This document shows, one piece after another, positions 1 through 10,020 of a stretch of DNA of 47,442 nucleotides. Where the stretch lies: the IMG/VR virus record IMGVR_UViG_3300035232_000808, positions 1 through 47,442 of that record; one strand, 5' to 3'. This DNA comes from a virus. Its lineage: Duplodnaviria > Caudoviricetes. Numbering within the stretch: position 1 is the stretch's first letter; each line of letters begins with the position of its first letter. Both the position numbers and the translations under genes were made by a program. The notes beneath the pieces are model-generated. The model was not told the origin of the DNA, did not search any database, and worked only from the letters and a program-made list of their open reading frames with translations.

Positions 1-3000
1 CAATCGCAGATTTTTCCCTTGCTAATAATAACATTAACGTTTCATATGGAAATTTTAATTTAAATGCTACTGATGCTATTGTATCATCAGCAATTGAAAC
101 GCAACAATTTTATTTAGATGACAATTATATTAGCACAAAAGACTCAAATACAAATATTGATTTACGTCCTTGGCAAGAGTATGAATTAGTAGACGGTGAT
201 CCATATACAGCAGAATTACTTGACGGGCTTACGGCAGCGTCATCAGGATCATCTCATCCTCGACGAGCATTCTGGGAAGTAAATTTACCAAGCGGATATC
301 AAAGAGGTGATTTAAACGAAAGCAGTAGCATTGATATTGATGATGTTATGGGGTTCCTTAGTGTATCTAGAGGATTAACAACATCAGGCGATACATATGA
401 TCGAAGTATAGCGGCAATAAAAGCAAGTTTGCCTACTTTAGAAAGTTTTTCAGATGTTAATGTTGACGGTAATATACATGCTACTGGTAATATTACATTT
501 GCAGGCGATCTTACATTTGGTGACACAATATCAGAAGATACAGTTACAATCGATGCAGAGGTTGATAGTAACATTATTCCAGATGCTAACAATACATATT
601 CATTAGGTCAAAATGGAAAAAGATGGCAACAGTTAAATACAGAACTTGTTAATGGTGACATATTCACTGCCAATATAACCGTTGGTGGATTAGGATACAC
701 TAATAAAGCAGGTAATATATTTTATGTTAGTGTAAATGGTAGTGATACATTTGGCGGGGACAGTTTTTTATCACCATTTAAAACTATTAAACATGCATTA
801 TCTCAACTTGATTCAAGCACAGCAGGACCAGTTGAATTAGTAATATTCCCAGGAGACTATCAAGAAATACTTCCTTTAGAAGTTCCAAGTAACGTTACTA
901 TTAGCGGTACAGATATGAGAAGTGTAATTATAACACCGACAACTTCAAATCAAAGCGAAGATGTATTTTTACTAAATGGCGAAAGTACTGTTAGTAATCT
1001 TACAATTAAAGATTTCTTTTATGATAGTGTTAATGATAAAGGCTATGCATTTAGATTTGCCAACAATGCAACAGTAACAAGTCGTAGTCCGTATGTTCAA
1101 AATGTAAGTGTTATTACGCAAGGAAGTGCTACAAGTGCAAGTGACCCAAGAGGTTTTGCAAGTGGCGATGCAGGTAAAGGTGCATTAGTTGACGGTGCAA
1201 GTGTACTAAGCACAAGTAATGATGCAAGTATGTTATTCCATAGTGTTACATTTATTACTCCTGGAGTTGATGCACTTACAATGACAAACGGTGTACGTGT
1301 AGAATGGTTAAACTCATTTACATATTTTGCTAATAGAGGTTTGTATGCTGTCAACGGAACTACAGGACATTTAAGTACAGACGGATCAACAACAGAGTTT
1401 GGCGCAGAAGTTAGATCAATTGGATCAGCAAGTGTATATGGTAATTACGGTGCAGTAGCAGACGGCGCAGACTGTTTGATGTACCTTATTATGCATAACT
1501 TTGGGTATATTGGTAGTGGCAAATTTAAAGACAACGATAATAGTAGAGCAATACAAAGCCAAGAAGTTTCAGAACTCAACAACGGTAAAGTAAGATATCA
1601 ATCTACTAACCATAAGGGTAATTTTAGAGTTGGTGATAATTTCTTAGTAGATTTTGAATCTGGTTCAACAACACTTGATATTAGTACAAGTGACACAAGT
1701 AGTTTTGCAGGACTAGTAATTGATAGTGGATCTAGAACACTTATAGATGGAAACGTTATTGAAGTTTCTAATTTTGCTATTAGAGATAATACTATAAGAA
1801 CAATAGCAGGCGACATTGATATTAATTCAGCTACTTCTGAAACTAATATTACAAGTAATGTAAGCGTTAGTGATAATTTAGATGTTACTGGAAATCTATC
1901 ATTTGATGGAAACATTACAGTTGGTGACGGTGTTGCTAATGATACAATTAATTTTAATGTAGAATTTGAACAGAATATAAATCCAGCAACTACAGGAATA
2001 TATAGTTTAGGTACTACAGATGCAGTTTGGAAAAAAGCAAATCTTGGTACTGCAAACATTGGTGATATAGAAATTAATGAAAACTATATTACTACTGATA
2101 CCTCAAGTGCAGACTTAGACTTACGTGCAAACGGTACTGGTGAAATTTTAATTGCTAGTAATAATTTTGAAGTTACTAATGATTTAACAGTTAATGCTAA
2201 TACTAGTTTACTAACTACTACTATTGTAGGAGATGTTACACAAACTGGTAATTATAGTGTTAGTAGTAACTATGATATTACAGGTAGTTTACTAATAGGA
2301 CAAAATTTAGAAGTTGGTTTTGACGGAATATTTGAAGGCATTTCAATAAAAGGAAATGTACTTACAACTGATAATACAAACGAAAATTTAGAATTACAAG
2401 CTAATGGTACTGGTACTATTAATGTTCCTTTTGCAGATACTGTTATTGAAAATAATTTAAATGTTACTGGCACAACATACGCTAGTGATATTAATAATAC
2501 TCAAGACGTACAGGCAGTTACACTCCAGAACGAAACAATAAACATTACAAGTAACACAATATCTACTATTTTAACTAATGCTAATTTAGATATTACTGCA
2601 TCGCCTAATGGAATAATAAGCATACCAACTAGTGATGTAGTTGCAAGTCAGGACTTTACAGTTAACGGTACAACAACAATTCTTGATACTAATATTACAG
2701 GTACACTAGTACATATTGGTAGGAGATCTCATACTGGCAATGTAGCACTTACAGGTAATTTAACTACAGACGATCTTACACTTGATAGAAATATTCAATT
2801 AGAAAATATTGAAATTACCGGCAACCTTTTACACACAACTGAAACTAACAGTGACTTAGATTTACGTGCAAATGGTACTGGTAGAGTATTAATAAAAGAA
2901 GATGTACATATACAGCAAGACGTTGAAATTGGAACACTAACTGCTGGTGTAATTAATATTACAAATGATGTAGATTTGAATGAAATTATTATTGACGGCA

Positions 3001-4322
3001 CTATTGAATTTGATGATAATATAATTACTACAACTGACACTGATGCTAATTTAGAATTAGAAGCAAACGGCACTGGCATTATTAGTATACCATCTAATAA
3101 TGTTAATATATTAAATGCAACAACAGTAAGCGGTGTAACAGACATTGATGATCTTGTAATTAACGGAGTTGTTAATCATACAGGTAATATAAACAGAGTA
3201 GGCAATACTACTTTAACAGGAAACTTTACTTTAGACGGTCAATTGACTCTTGACAGAGGAACTAGTTTTGAAAAAATTGAAATAGATTACAATGTTATTT
3301 CAACAGTTGATACTAATACTGATTTAGAATTAAAAGCCGCAGGAACAGGTAATGTAAGATTTGAAGATTTACAAGTTAACAATAATGTAAACGTAGGATC
3401 ATTAAATGATGTACAAGCAATTAATGTACAAAATACAGTAGCATTAGAAATTATTGAGCTATCAACTGATGTACAACTTTCTGATAATACTATTAAAACT
3501 ACTAGTACTGATAGTAATTTAATTATTAGTGCAAATGGCACAGGTGATGTATTATTTGATAATAATCTATTCTTTAATGATACTACAATTGGTACAAAAA
3601 CAGGTAATCTTGTATTTTCATTAGATACTGAGTCTGTAACACTTGCAACATCAAAAGCAATGATTTTACCTAATGGTACAAGTGCTGAATCTATAGGAAC
3701 GTTAGCAGGTTTAAGATTTAATACAGATACAAACTTGTTTGAAATACAGGGTAGTGTAGGTACTATTAATTCGGGCGGTGTGTATAGTTCCGATGGACTT
3801 ACAGGAATATCAGTTACAAATAGTGACGACATACAAATATTTGTTAATGGGTATACACAAGACTCTACTGCTAAAGTTGCCGATATTAATGGCGACAGAG
3901 TAAACTTACACGGACTACAAGTTGACGATATATTATTTGATAATAATCAAATTAGTACAACTACTATTAACAGCAATTTAGATATTCAAACCAACGGCAC
4001 TGGCAGTATTACTATTGATAAATTTACAGTTAAAGGTAATACATTATCGCTATCAGCAAATGAAACTTTTGAAATAAAAACTACTGGTCCTGGATTTCGT
4101 TGGGTTGAATTTGAAGGCACAGGCGCAATTAAATGGCCTGCAGGTAATACAGCAACTAGACCATCAACTCCAAAAATAGGAACTACTAGAGTTAATACAG
4201 ACACTAATGAACTTGAAACTTGGATTGGTGATAGTTGGCGTACTTCGGCTGGTGAGTTTGCTAGTATATCAGAAGCTGATATGGAAGAAGAAGCGTTTGT
4301 ACAGACGCTAATCTACGGCTAA
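1..4322 (+). CDS. Giant virion structural/fibre protein (5'-truncated); beta-helix-like core plus 'LELRANGTG' beta-repeats
   Basis: The frame of ORF 348..4322 is open back to position 3 (IADFSLANNN...), so the true start lies upstream of the window. Collinear paralog of 4479..9236 (shared RSPY, GDAGKG, ASMLFHS, EWLNSFTYFANRG, GxFRVG). Rich in Thr/Asn/Gly/Asp. Confidence 0.8.
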   Translation, partial: IADFSLANNNINVSYGNFNLNATDAIVSSAIETQQFYLDDNYISTKDSNTNIDLRPWQEYELVDGDPYTAELLDGLTAASSGSSHPRRAFWEVNLPSGYQRGDLNESSSIDIDDVMGFLSVSRGLTTSGDTYDRSIAAIKASLPTLESFSDVNVDGNIHATGNITFAGDLTFGDTISEDTVTIDAEVDSNIIPDANNTYSLGQNGKRWQQLNTELVNGDIFTANITVGGLGYTNKAGNIFYVSVNGSDTFGGDSFLSPFKTIKHALSQLDSSTAGPVELVIFPGDYQEILPLEVPSNVTISGTDMRSVIITPTTSNQSEDVFLLNGESTVSNLTIKDFFYDSVNDKGYAFRFANNATVTSRSPYVQNVSVITQGSATSASDPRGFASGDAGKGALVDGASVLSTSNDASMLFHSVTFITPGVDALTMTNGVRVEWLNSFTYFANRGLYAVNGTTGHLSTDGSTTEFGAEVRSIGSASVYGNYGAVADGADCLMYLIMHNFGYIGSGKFKDNDNSRAIQSQEVSELNNGKVRYQSTNHKGNFRVGDNFLVDFESGSTTLDISTSDTSSFAGLVIDSGSRTLIDGNVIEVSNFAIRDNTIRTIAGDIDINSATSETNITSNVSVSDNLDVTGNLSFDGNITVGDGVANDTINFNVEFEQNINPATTGIYSLGTTDAVWKKANLGTANIGDIEINENYITTDTSSADLDLRANGTGEILIASNNFEVTNDLTVNANTSLLTTTIVGDVTQTGNYSVSSNYDITGSLLIGQNLEVGFDGIFEGISIKGNVLTTDNTNENLELQANGTGTINVPFADTVIENNLNVTGTTYASDINNTQDVQAVTLQNETINITSNTISTILTNANLDITASPNGIISIPTSDVVASQDFTVNGTTTILDTNITGTLVHIGRRSHTGNVALTGNLTTDDLTLDRNIQLENIEITGNLLHTTETNSDLDLRANGTGRVLIKEDVHIQQDVEIGTLTAGVINITNDVDLNEIIIDGTIEFDDNIITTTDTDANLELEANGTGIISIPSNNVNILNATTVSGVTDIDDLVINGVVNHTGNINRVGNTTLTGNFTLDGQLTLDRGTSFEKIEIDYNVISTVDTNTDLELKAAGTGNVRFEDLQVNNNVNVGSLNDVQAINVQNTVALEIIELSTDVQLSDNTIKTTSTDSNLIISANGTGDVLFDNNLFFNDTTIGTKTGNLVFSLDTESVTLATSKAMILPNGTSAESIGTLAGLRFNTDTNLFEIQGSVGTINSGGVYSSDGLTGISVTNSDDIQIFVNGYTQDSTAKVADINGDRVNLHGLQVDDILFDNNQISTTTINSNLDIQTNGTGSITIDKFTVKGNTLSLSANETFEIKTTGPGFRWVEFEGTGAIKWPAGNTATRPSTPKIGTTRVNTDTNELETWIGDSWRTSAGEFASISEADMEEEAFVQTLIYG

Positions 4323-4344
4323 CAACCACCTTTTTTATATAATC

Positions 4345-4352
4345 GATAAATA
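4345..4352 (+). promoter_or_regulatory. Putative T4-type late promoter (GATAAATA)
   Basis: One-mismatch match to TATAAATA in the intergenic gap before a structural gene. Similar motifs occur at 15557, 26205, 27885 and 44717. Confidence 0.55.
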
Positions 4353-4357
4353 CTATT

Positions 4358-4478
4358 AATGCAAAGCAAGACCTATCAGATTTTCTGATGCTGAGCAGGA
4401 CGAACTGTGGTTAGCCAGCAAAGAGCGAAAGCTGAAAATTTAGGCTTGTGGGACAGGATCCCCGTGTAAGGAGAAAAG
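4358..4478 (+). ncRNA. Candidate structured 5' leader RNA, family not recognised
   Basis: 4361-4470 is 48% GC (53/110 counted) in an AT-rich genome. Hairpins: ATCAGA-ttt-TCTGAT, AGC-GAAA-GCT (GNRA loop), AGCC/GGCT closing pair, and GGGA-cagga-TCCC just before the SD AAGGAG. Confidence 0.4.
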
Positions 4479-7400
4479 ATGAGCGCACTTGGTCGTATCA
4501 GTGGTCCGCTCTTGAAGTCAAACCTGATTCGTAATGGAATCGATTTGTCATTCGAGACTGATTTACTGTATCTAGATGTAAACAATCAAAAAGTCGGTAT
4601 CAAGACGACAACTCCAACTCACGAGTTACAAGTTAACGGAACTGCCCAAACAACCAATCTTATAGTAGACAATATTGCAGAAGTAGGCAATGTAACTATA
4701 TCTGGAACTACAATATCATCGAATCAGCCATATTTAAATTTAGGCACGTTTGATAATATTGTATATCAAAACAAATTACGTGTAGATGACATTGACATTG
4801 AAGGCAATGTTATTAGCACAAACACTTCAAATTCAAATTTAGAATTTCGTCCTAACGGCACTGGTACTGTCGAAGTACTAGGAAACATGAATGTTGATGG
4901 AAATATTCATGCTACTGGAAATATATCAGCTGATGGTAATATTACAATTGGTGATGCAGATACTGATAATGTAGTATTCAATGCAGAAGTTGCTAGTAAT
5001 ATTATACCTGATCTAAACAACACATACTCATTAGGTAGTGATCCTGCAACAGGCGGCAAAAAATGGGCAGATGTTTGGGTCAATAATTTAAATGCAAGTA
5101 ACGTTATTGCTGATAATATAGAAGTTGATGGTCTTGATTTAACCCTGCGTCAAGGAAACATTTGGTACGTTGCTGAAAATGGCGACAACCTTAGAAGCGG
5201 CGACCATATACAAGCACCAGTTTCAAGTTTAAAATATGCATTAGATAATTTAGCATCTAATGGTGATACTGTGTTTATATTTCCAGGTGTTTATACAGAA
5301 GAATTTCCACTAACTGTTCCACAAGGAGTTGCAGTCAAAGGACAAGGTATACGTAGTGTAAACATTAAGCCTACAACAGCAACACGTTACAATGATGCGT
5401 TTTTACTCAATGGCGAATCAACAGTTGAAGATATAACAATTTCAGATTATTATAGTGGCGGAGCATTTCACGACACAATAGCGGCAAGCACAGGGTCTGC
5501 AACTTTAAATGTTGGAACCACAGGATTTGCACACGCATATGTAATTGGCGGAACAATTACATTTGGCGGCAACGATTATGCAATTAGTAATGCTGTATAT
5601 ACTCACGGAACTGGGCAATTAGTAATTACACACGCAGGACCAGATGCAGGCGTAGGAACAAGTACGTTTATTAAAGATATTGTGTTTAGTTGTAATGGCG
5701 GTAATAGAACATTCCCAGACAACGGGTATGCTTTCCGCTTTGCTACAGATTTTGAAGTAACTAGTCGTTCACCATACATAAAAAATATAACTGCTATTAC
5801 AAAAGGTAGTGTAATTACTGCTGAAGATCCTAGAGGATTTAATGCTGGTGATGCTGGTAAAGGACCATATGTAGATGGTGCTTATGCAACAGCAAATTCT
5901 AAAGAAGCAAGTATGTTGTTTCATAGTTGTACATTTATTACTCCGGGCGTTGACGGACTTACAGCAACAAACGGTGCTAGAATAGAATGGTTAAATTCAT
6001 TTACATATTTTGCTAACAGAGGTTTACATGCCTTTGATAGTAATGATGGTTTAAAAGGTACTGGTAAAACACGAGTAAGAGTTAGCGGCGTAAGTGGTGG
6101 AACTATTGTTGCTAGTGGGCAAAATGTTGTTTTTACTTCAACAGACAGTAGCACAGTTATTACAAAACAACTTGTCGCTGTAGAAGGTAATAATGACGTT
6201 CTTGTTTTTGCTGGCAAGCAGACTGATTTTATAGGATTTGATACAACGCCAACATCAATTGCAATTGGTGGATCCATAACTGCAACTACTATTGAAAATG
6301 TAGACTTACAGGACTTTGGTGCTGAAGTTAGAATGATTGGTTCAGCAAGTGTATATGGTAATGAAGGCTTAGTAGGTAACGGCGAAGGTGTATTAGTTTA
6401 TGCTATTGGACACAACTTAGCATACATTGGTAACGGTAAAGAAATTACTAATGACCCAGGCACAGTTATACAAGCAAACGAAGTTGTTGAATCAAATGGT
6501 GCAAAAATACGTTATAACTCAGTTGACCATAAAGGTGATTTTAGAGTTGGTGATTTATTTAAAGTTGATCAAGAAAACGGAACTGTTGACTTTGCAGTAT
6601 CAGAGTTTACAATTAACACAACAGATGGTGTAACATTTAATACAGATGGCAATTCAACATTTATTGATGGTAATAAGATTGAAACTGGTAACTGGAGAAT
6701 TAGCGGAAACACTATTGAAACACTTAGTGGCGACGGCAATTTTACAGCACAAAGCAATCAAATTAATTTAAACAGCAATGTAAATGTTACAGGAAACTTA
6801 GATGTTACTGGTAACGTAACAATAGGCGGAAACCTAACACTAGGTGATGATGCAACTGATACTATATCAATTGTTGCAGGAATAACAAGTAATCTTGTAC
6901 CTGACATTACTGATACATTTAGCTTAGGTACAGCTTCAAAAGTTTGGAGCAACTTATTTGTTACAGAAGCAGAAATAAATGATATTGAAATTAGAGATAA
7001 TTTTATTACAACAACAGTTTCAAATGCTGACTTAGAATTACGTGCTAATGGCACAGGAAAAATACTTGTACCAACTAACAACGTACAAATAGATAATGAT
7101 TTAACTGTTGCAGGAACAACAACTTTAGGTGACACAACAATAGTTGGAACAGTTACGCATACTGGTGATACAACACAAACGGGTGACTATTCAGTTACAG
7201 GTGAAGCTACAGTTAGTCAATCACTTGTAGTTGGAGCAAGTGCGCAGTTTGAAGAAATATTAATTGATGACAATTATATTACTACTACATCAACAAATGC
7301 TAACTTAGAATTACGTGCAAGTGGCACAGGAATTATATCAATTCCTTCAAACAATGTAATATTAAGTAATGACCTTACAGTTAATGGATTAACAACTACA

Positions 7401-9236
7401 GTTGATATTACAAGTACTGGAATAATAACAGCAGACAGTTTTACAAATAACGTAATATTAATTGATAATAACACAATTGAAACTACAACAGCTGATACCA
7501 ATCTTGTATTAACTGCAAACGGTACAGGAGTTATTAGCGTACCTAGTACAGATGTTGAAATAACACAAGACCTTACAGTAAGTGGAACAACTACTTTAGC
7601 AGATACTAATCTTACTGGAACACTTACACATATAGGTAACACAACACAAACAGGTAACTTTATACAAGTTGGTAACCTTGATGTAACTGGTAACTTTACA
7701 GTTACAGGTACAGCACAGTTTGAAAATATTGAAATTAACGACAACTACATTACTACAACAGATACAAATAGCGATTTAGAATTACGTGCAAGTGGCACAG
7801 GAAAAGTTATAGTACCAAGTAATAATGTGTTAATTACAGGTAGTGCAGAAGTAATAGGTACGTTAACTGTTGCTACTTTAAATAGTACAGATACAATTAC
7901 AGCAAGTAGTTTTAGTACAGGACAAATTAGTGTTTTTGACAACGTAATTGAAACTGTAGCAAACGATGATAATTTAGTATTACAAGCTAATGGCACTGGT
8001 GAAATTTTTATTCCAACTAATGACGTTGTTATTAATAACGATCTTACAGTTAACGGTTTAACTACACTAGGCGACACAACAATAGTTGGAACTGTTACAC
8101 ATACTGGTAATACAACACAAACAGGTAATATTGATTTAACTGGTAATTTAAATGTACTTGGTGACTTTGATGTTACTGGAGCATTCCAGTTTGAAAATAT
8201 TTTAATAGATGATAATATTATTACTACTACTGAATCTAACAGTGACTTAGAACTTAGAGGTAACGGAACAGGATCAATACTTGTACCTAATAATAATGTT
8301 ATTGTAACAAATAACCTTACAGTTGACGGAATATTAACTGTAGGAGATGTAGTTAGTGTAGGCACAATTACATCAAACAACTTTACTACTGGCGACATAT
8401 TAGTAGATGATAATTTTATTAAAACTACAAATAGTAACAGTAATTTAGAATTAATTGCAAATGGTACAGGTAATATTTTACTTGAAAACTTTACACTTGA
8501 TAGCAATCAAATTACAGTATCAAGTGCCGATTTACAAATTAATTCAGGTAACAATAGTGTAGTATTTGAAGGTACAGGTGAAGTTGTAATACCAGCAGGT
8601 ACAACAGCACAACGAACAAACACTACTGGCTCAATTAGATGGAATTCAGAAACAAATATATTTGAAGGCTATAACGGGTCAAGTTGGATACAGTTACATG
8701 GTGTACAAGACTTAGATGGTAACACTAAAGTAACTGCTGAATTAACTGAAGGTGCTAACGATGACACTATTAGATTTACAGTCGCTGGCGCAGTAGTTGC
8801 AGACTTAGATGCAAACAGACTAAATGTAGAAAAGCTAGTCGTAGATGACATCCAAGTTGATGGCAATTTGATAAGTACAATAACAGCTGATACTGACTTA
8901 CAATTATCTGCTAATGGCACTGGATCTGTTAACTTTGAAAACTTTGGATTTAAAGAAAACAGATTAACAAACACTGTAGCTAATAGCAATATGGTATTTG
9001 AAACACAAGGTACTGGCTACTATGAATTTGTTGATCCTTATGGTATTGTTTTACCAGTAGGTGATAACTCAACAAGACCCGCAGGGGTTACAGGTATGGT
9101 ACGCTACAACACAGCAGATGCTAGAGTTGAATTGTACGATGGAACAAGTTGGGTATCAGTAGCAGGTTCATCAGGGGGCATTAGTTTTGCAGATGCTGAA
9201 AATATTGCAATTGAGAAAGTATTAATATTTGGATAA
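4479..9236 (+). CDS. Giant virion structural/fibre protein, paralog of the upstream gene
   Basis: 1585 aa with SD AAGGAG. Contains a YVAENG..D..G/PGVYTE..P motif typical of beta-helix domain starts, about 10 (N/D)xxLELxANGTG repeats, and two PxGxxxxR...G.IR(W/Y)N...E.Y.G..W fibre motifs. Confidence 0.85.
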   Translation: MSALGRISGPLLKSNLIRNGIDLSFETDLLYLDVNNQKVGIKTTTPTHELQVNGTAQTTNLIVDNIAEVGNVTISGTTISSNQPYLNLGTFDNIVYQNKLRVDDIDIEGNVISTNTSNSNLEFRPNGTGTVEVLGNMNVDGNIHATGNISADGNITIGDADTDNVVFNAEVASNIIPDLNNTYSLGSDPATGGKKWADVWVNNLNASNVIADNIEVDGLDLTLRQGNIWYVAENGDNLRSGDHIQAPVSSLKYALDNLASNGDTVFIFPGVYTEEFPLTVPQGVAVKGQGIRSVNIKPTTATRYNDAFLLNGESTVEDITISDYYSGGAFHDTIAASTGSATLNVGTTGFAHAYVIGGTITFGGNDYAISNAVYTHGTGQLVITHAGPDAGVGTSTFIKDIVFSCNGGNRTFPDNGYAFRFATDFEVTSRSPYIKNITAITKGSVITAEDPRGFNAGDAGKGPYVDGAYATANSKEASMLFHSCTFITPGVDGLTATNGARIEWLNSFTYFANRGLHAFDSNDGLKGTGKTRVRVSGVSGGTIVASGQNVVFTSTDSSTVITKQLVAVEGNNDVLVFAGKQTDFIGFDTTPTSIAIGGSITATTIENVDLQDFGAEVRMIGSASVYGNEGLVGNGEGVLVYAIGHNLAYIGNGKEITNDPGTVIQANEVVESNGAKIRYNSVDHKGDFRVGDLFKVDQENGTVDFAVSEFTINTTDGVTFNTDGNSTFIDGNKIETGNWRISGNTIETLSGDGNFTAQSNQINLNSNVNVTGNLDVTGNVTIGGNLTLGDDATDTISIVAGITSNLVPDITDTFSLGTASKVWSNLFVTEAEINDIEIRDNFITTTVSNADLELRANGTGKILVPTNNVQIDNDLTVAGTTTLGDTTIVGTVTHTGDTTQTGDYSVTGEATVSQSLVVGASAQFEEILIDDNYITTTSTNANLELRASGTGIISIPSNNVILSNDLTVNGLTTTVDITSTGIITADSFTNNVILIDNNTIETTTADTNLVLTANGTGVISVPSTDVEITQDLTVSGTTTLADTNLTGTLTHIGNTTQTGNFIQVGNLDVTGNFTVTGTAQFENIEINDNYITTTDTNSDLELRASGTGKVIVPSNNVLITGSAEVIGTLTVATLNSTDTITASSFSTGQISVFDNVIETVANDDNLVLQANGTGEIFIPTNDVVINNDLTVNGLTTLGDTTIVGTVTHTGNTTQTGNIDLTGNLNVLGDFDVTGAFQFENILIDDNIITTTESNSDLELRGNGTGSILVPNNNVIVTNNLTVDGILTVGDVVSVGTITSNNFTTGDILVDDNFIKTTNSNSNLELIANGTGNILLENFTLDSNQITVSSADLQINSGNNSVVFEGTGEVVIPAGTTAQRTNTTGSIRWNSETNIFEGYNGSSWIQLHGVQDLDGNTKVTAELTEGANDDTIRFTVAGAVVADLDANRLNVEKLVVDDIQVDGNLISTITADTDLQLSANGTGSVNFENFGFKENRLTNTVANSNMVFETQGTGYYEFVDPYGIVLPVGDNSTRPAGVTGMVRYNTADARVELYDGTSWVSVAGSSGGISFADAENIAIEKVLIFG
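7044..8470 (+). repeat. Intragenic 471-nt (157-aa) super-repeat x3, built from alternating 273- and 198-nt units
   Basis: ANGTG-type motifs start at 7044, 7317, 7515, 7788, 7986, 8259 and 8457, giving gaps of 273/198/273/198/273/198. Confidence 0.85.
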
Positions 9237-9242
9237 GAAAAC

Positions 9243-9572
9243 ATGGCAACACTATTAAAAAATACAGTAATTAAAAATTGCGGAACGCAACCAGTGTTAA
9301 TTTATGAAACACTGCCCACTACTCGAGTAACTGTGTTAGGATTAAGTTTTACTAACCTAACAGATAAGTTCGTGTATGTTGATGTTATAATTGAAGATGA
9401 TACTAGTGTTGCAGGTTATTATCTAAAAGATTCTATTTTACCAGCAGGTACTTCGTTACGTGCTGTGTCAACAGGTGAAAAACTAGTACTTGCACCAAGC
9501 AATAGATTGCTTGTAAGATCAAGTTTAGATGACTCTGTTGATGTTATTGTTAGTTACGTGGAGATTACATAA
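9243..9572 (+). CDS. Small beta-rich virion adaptor-like protein (paralog of 23685..24005)
   Basis: 109 aa. The pattern IYxxPxxTxxxVxxxxxxN...ILPxGxxL...LVLxxxxxxxVRSS is shared with 23685..24005. Confidence 0.7.
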   Translation: MATLLKNTVIKNCGTQPVLIYETLPTTRVTVLGLSFTNLTDKFVYVDVIIEDDTSVAGYYLKDSILPAGTSLRAVSTGEKLVLAPSNRLLVRSSLDDSVDVIVSYVEIT

Positions 9573-10009
9573 TGAGTTACTATATTGGTACTAGTCCAAG
9601 CGAAGTACAATCCGGTTTTATTAAACGTTATTTCTATGGACTTAGAAGAAACGATGATGGAGAACTATTTTTAGTAGTTGTCGATCAACTTAGAGGAGGC
9701 GACGAAAACGTTGTTATTATTAACGACTTAGGCGTTGCAGAAGACAACTACCCGGACTTTGAAGAAGGTATCGATGTGCTTGACGGTATTGATATTAACA
9801 AGGAAGTATTGTATCCAAATTTACGTTATCCACAATTTAAGTTTGACAACAGAAGTTTACTTTATTATATTGATCCTGATACAGGGTTCTTTGTACAGCG
9901 AATTTCAGAAGCATATGATTATCCACAAAAAATTAGTTCTGCGGCATATGGCGAAGGCGTAGATGATACAGTAATAAAAAACGGCTCAAGCAGTAGTCAG
10001 GGATACTAA
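9572..10009 (+). CDS. Hypothetical phage protein, probably structural
   Basis: 145 aa, acidic, coupled to the upstream gene by a TAATG overlap, within the structural operon. Confidence 0.7.
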   Translation: MSYYIGTSPSEVQSGFIKRYFYGLRRNDDGELFLVVVDQLRGGDENVVIINDLGVAEDNYPDFEEGIDVLDGIDINKEVLYPNLRYPQFKFDNRSLLYYIDPDTGFFVQRISEAYDYPQKISSAAYGEGVDDTVIKNGSSSSQGY

Positions 10010-10020
10010 AGGAAAAATAA

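Noticed and set aside
4385-4430. Hammerhead ribozyme or c-di-GMP-I riboswitch (CTGATG...GAAA, GCAAA)
   Set aside because: The core reads CTGATGC rather than CTGANGA and the required stems are missing. The GEMM second hairpin and spacing do not match.
4376-4585. 69-aa reverse ORF across the GC-rich leader
   Set aside because: It overlaps the conserved start of 4479 and has no SD. An RNA structure explains the GC content better.
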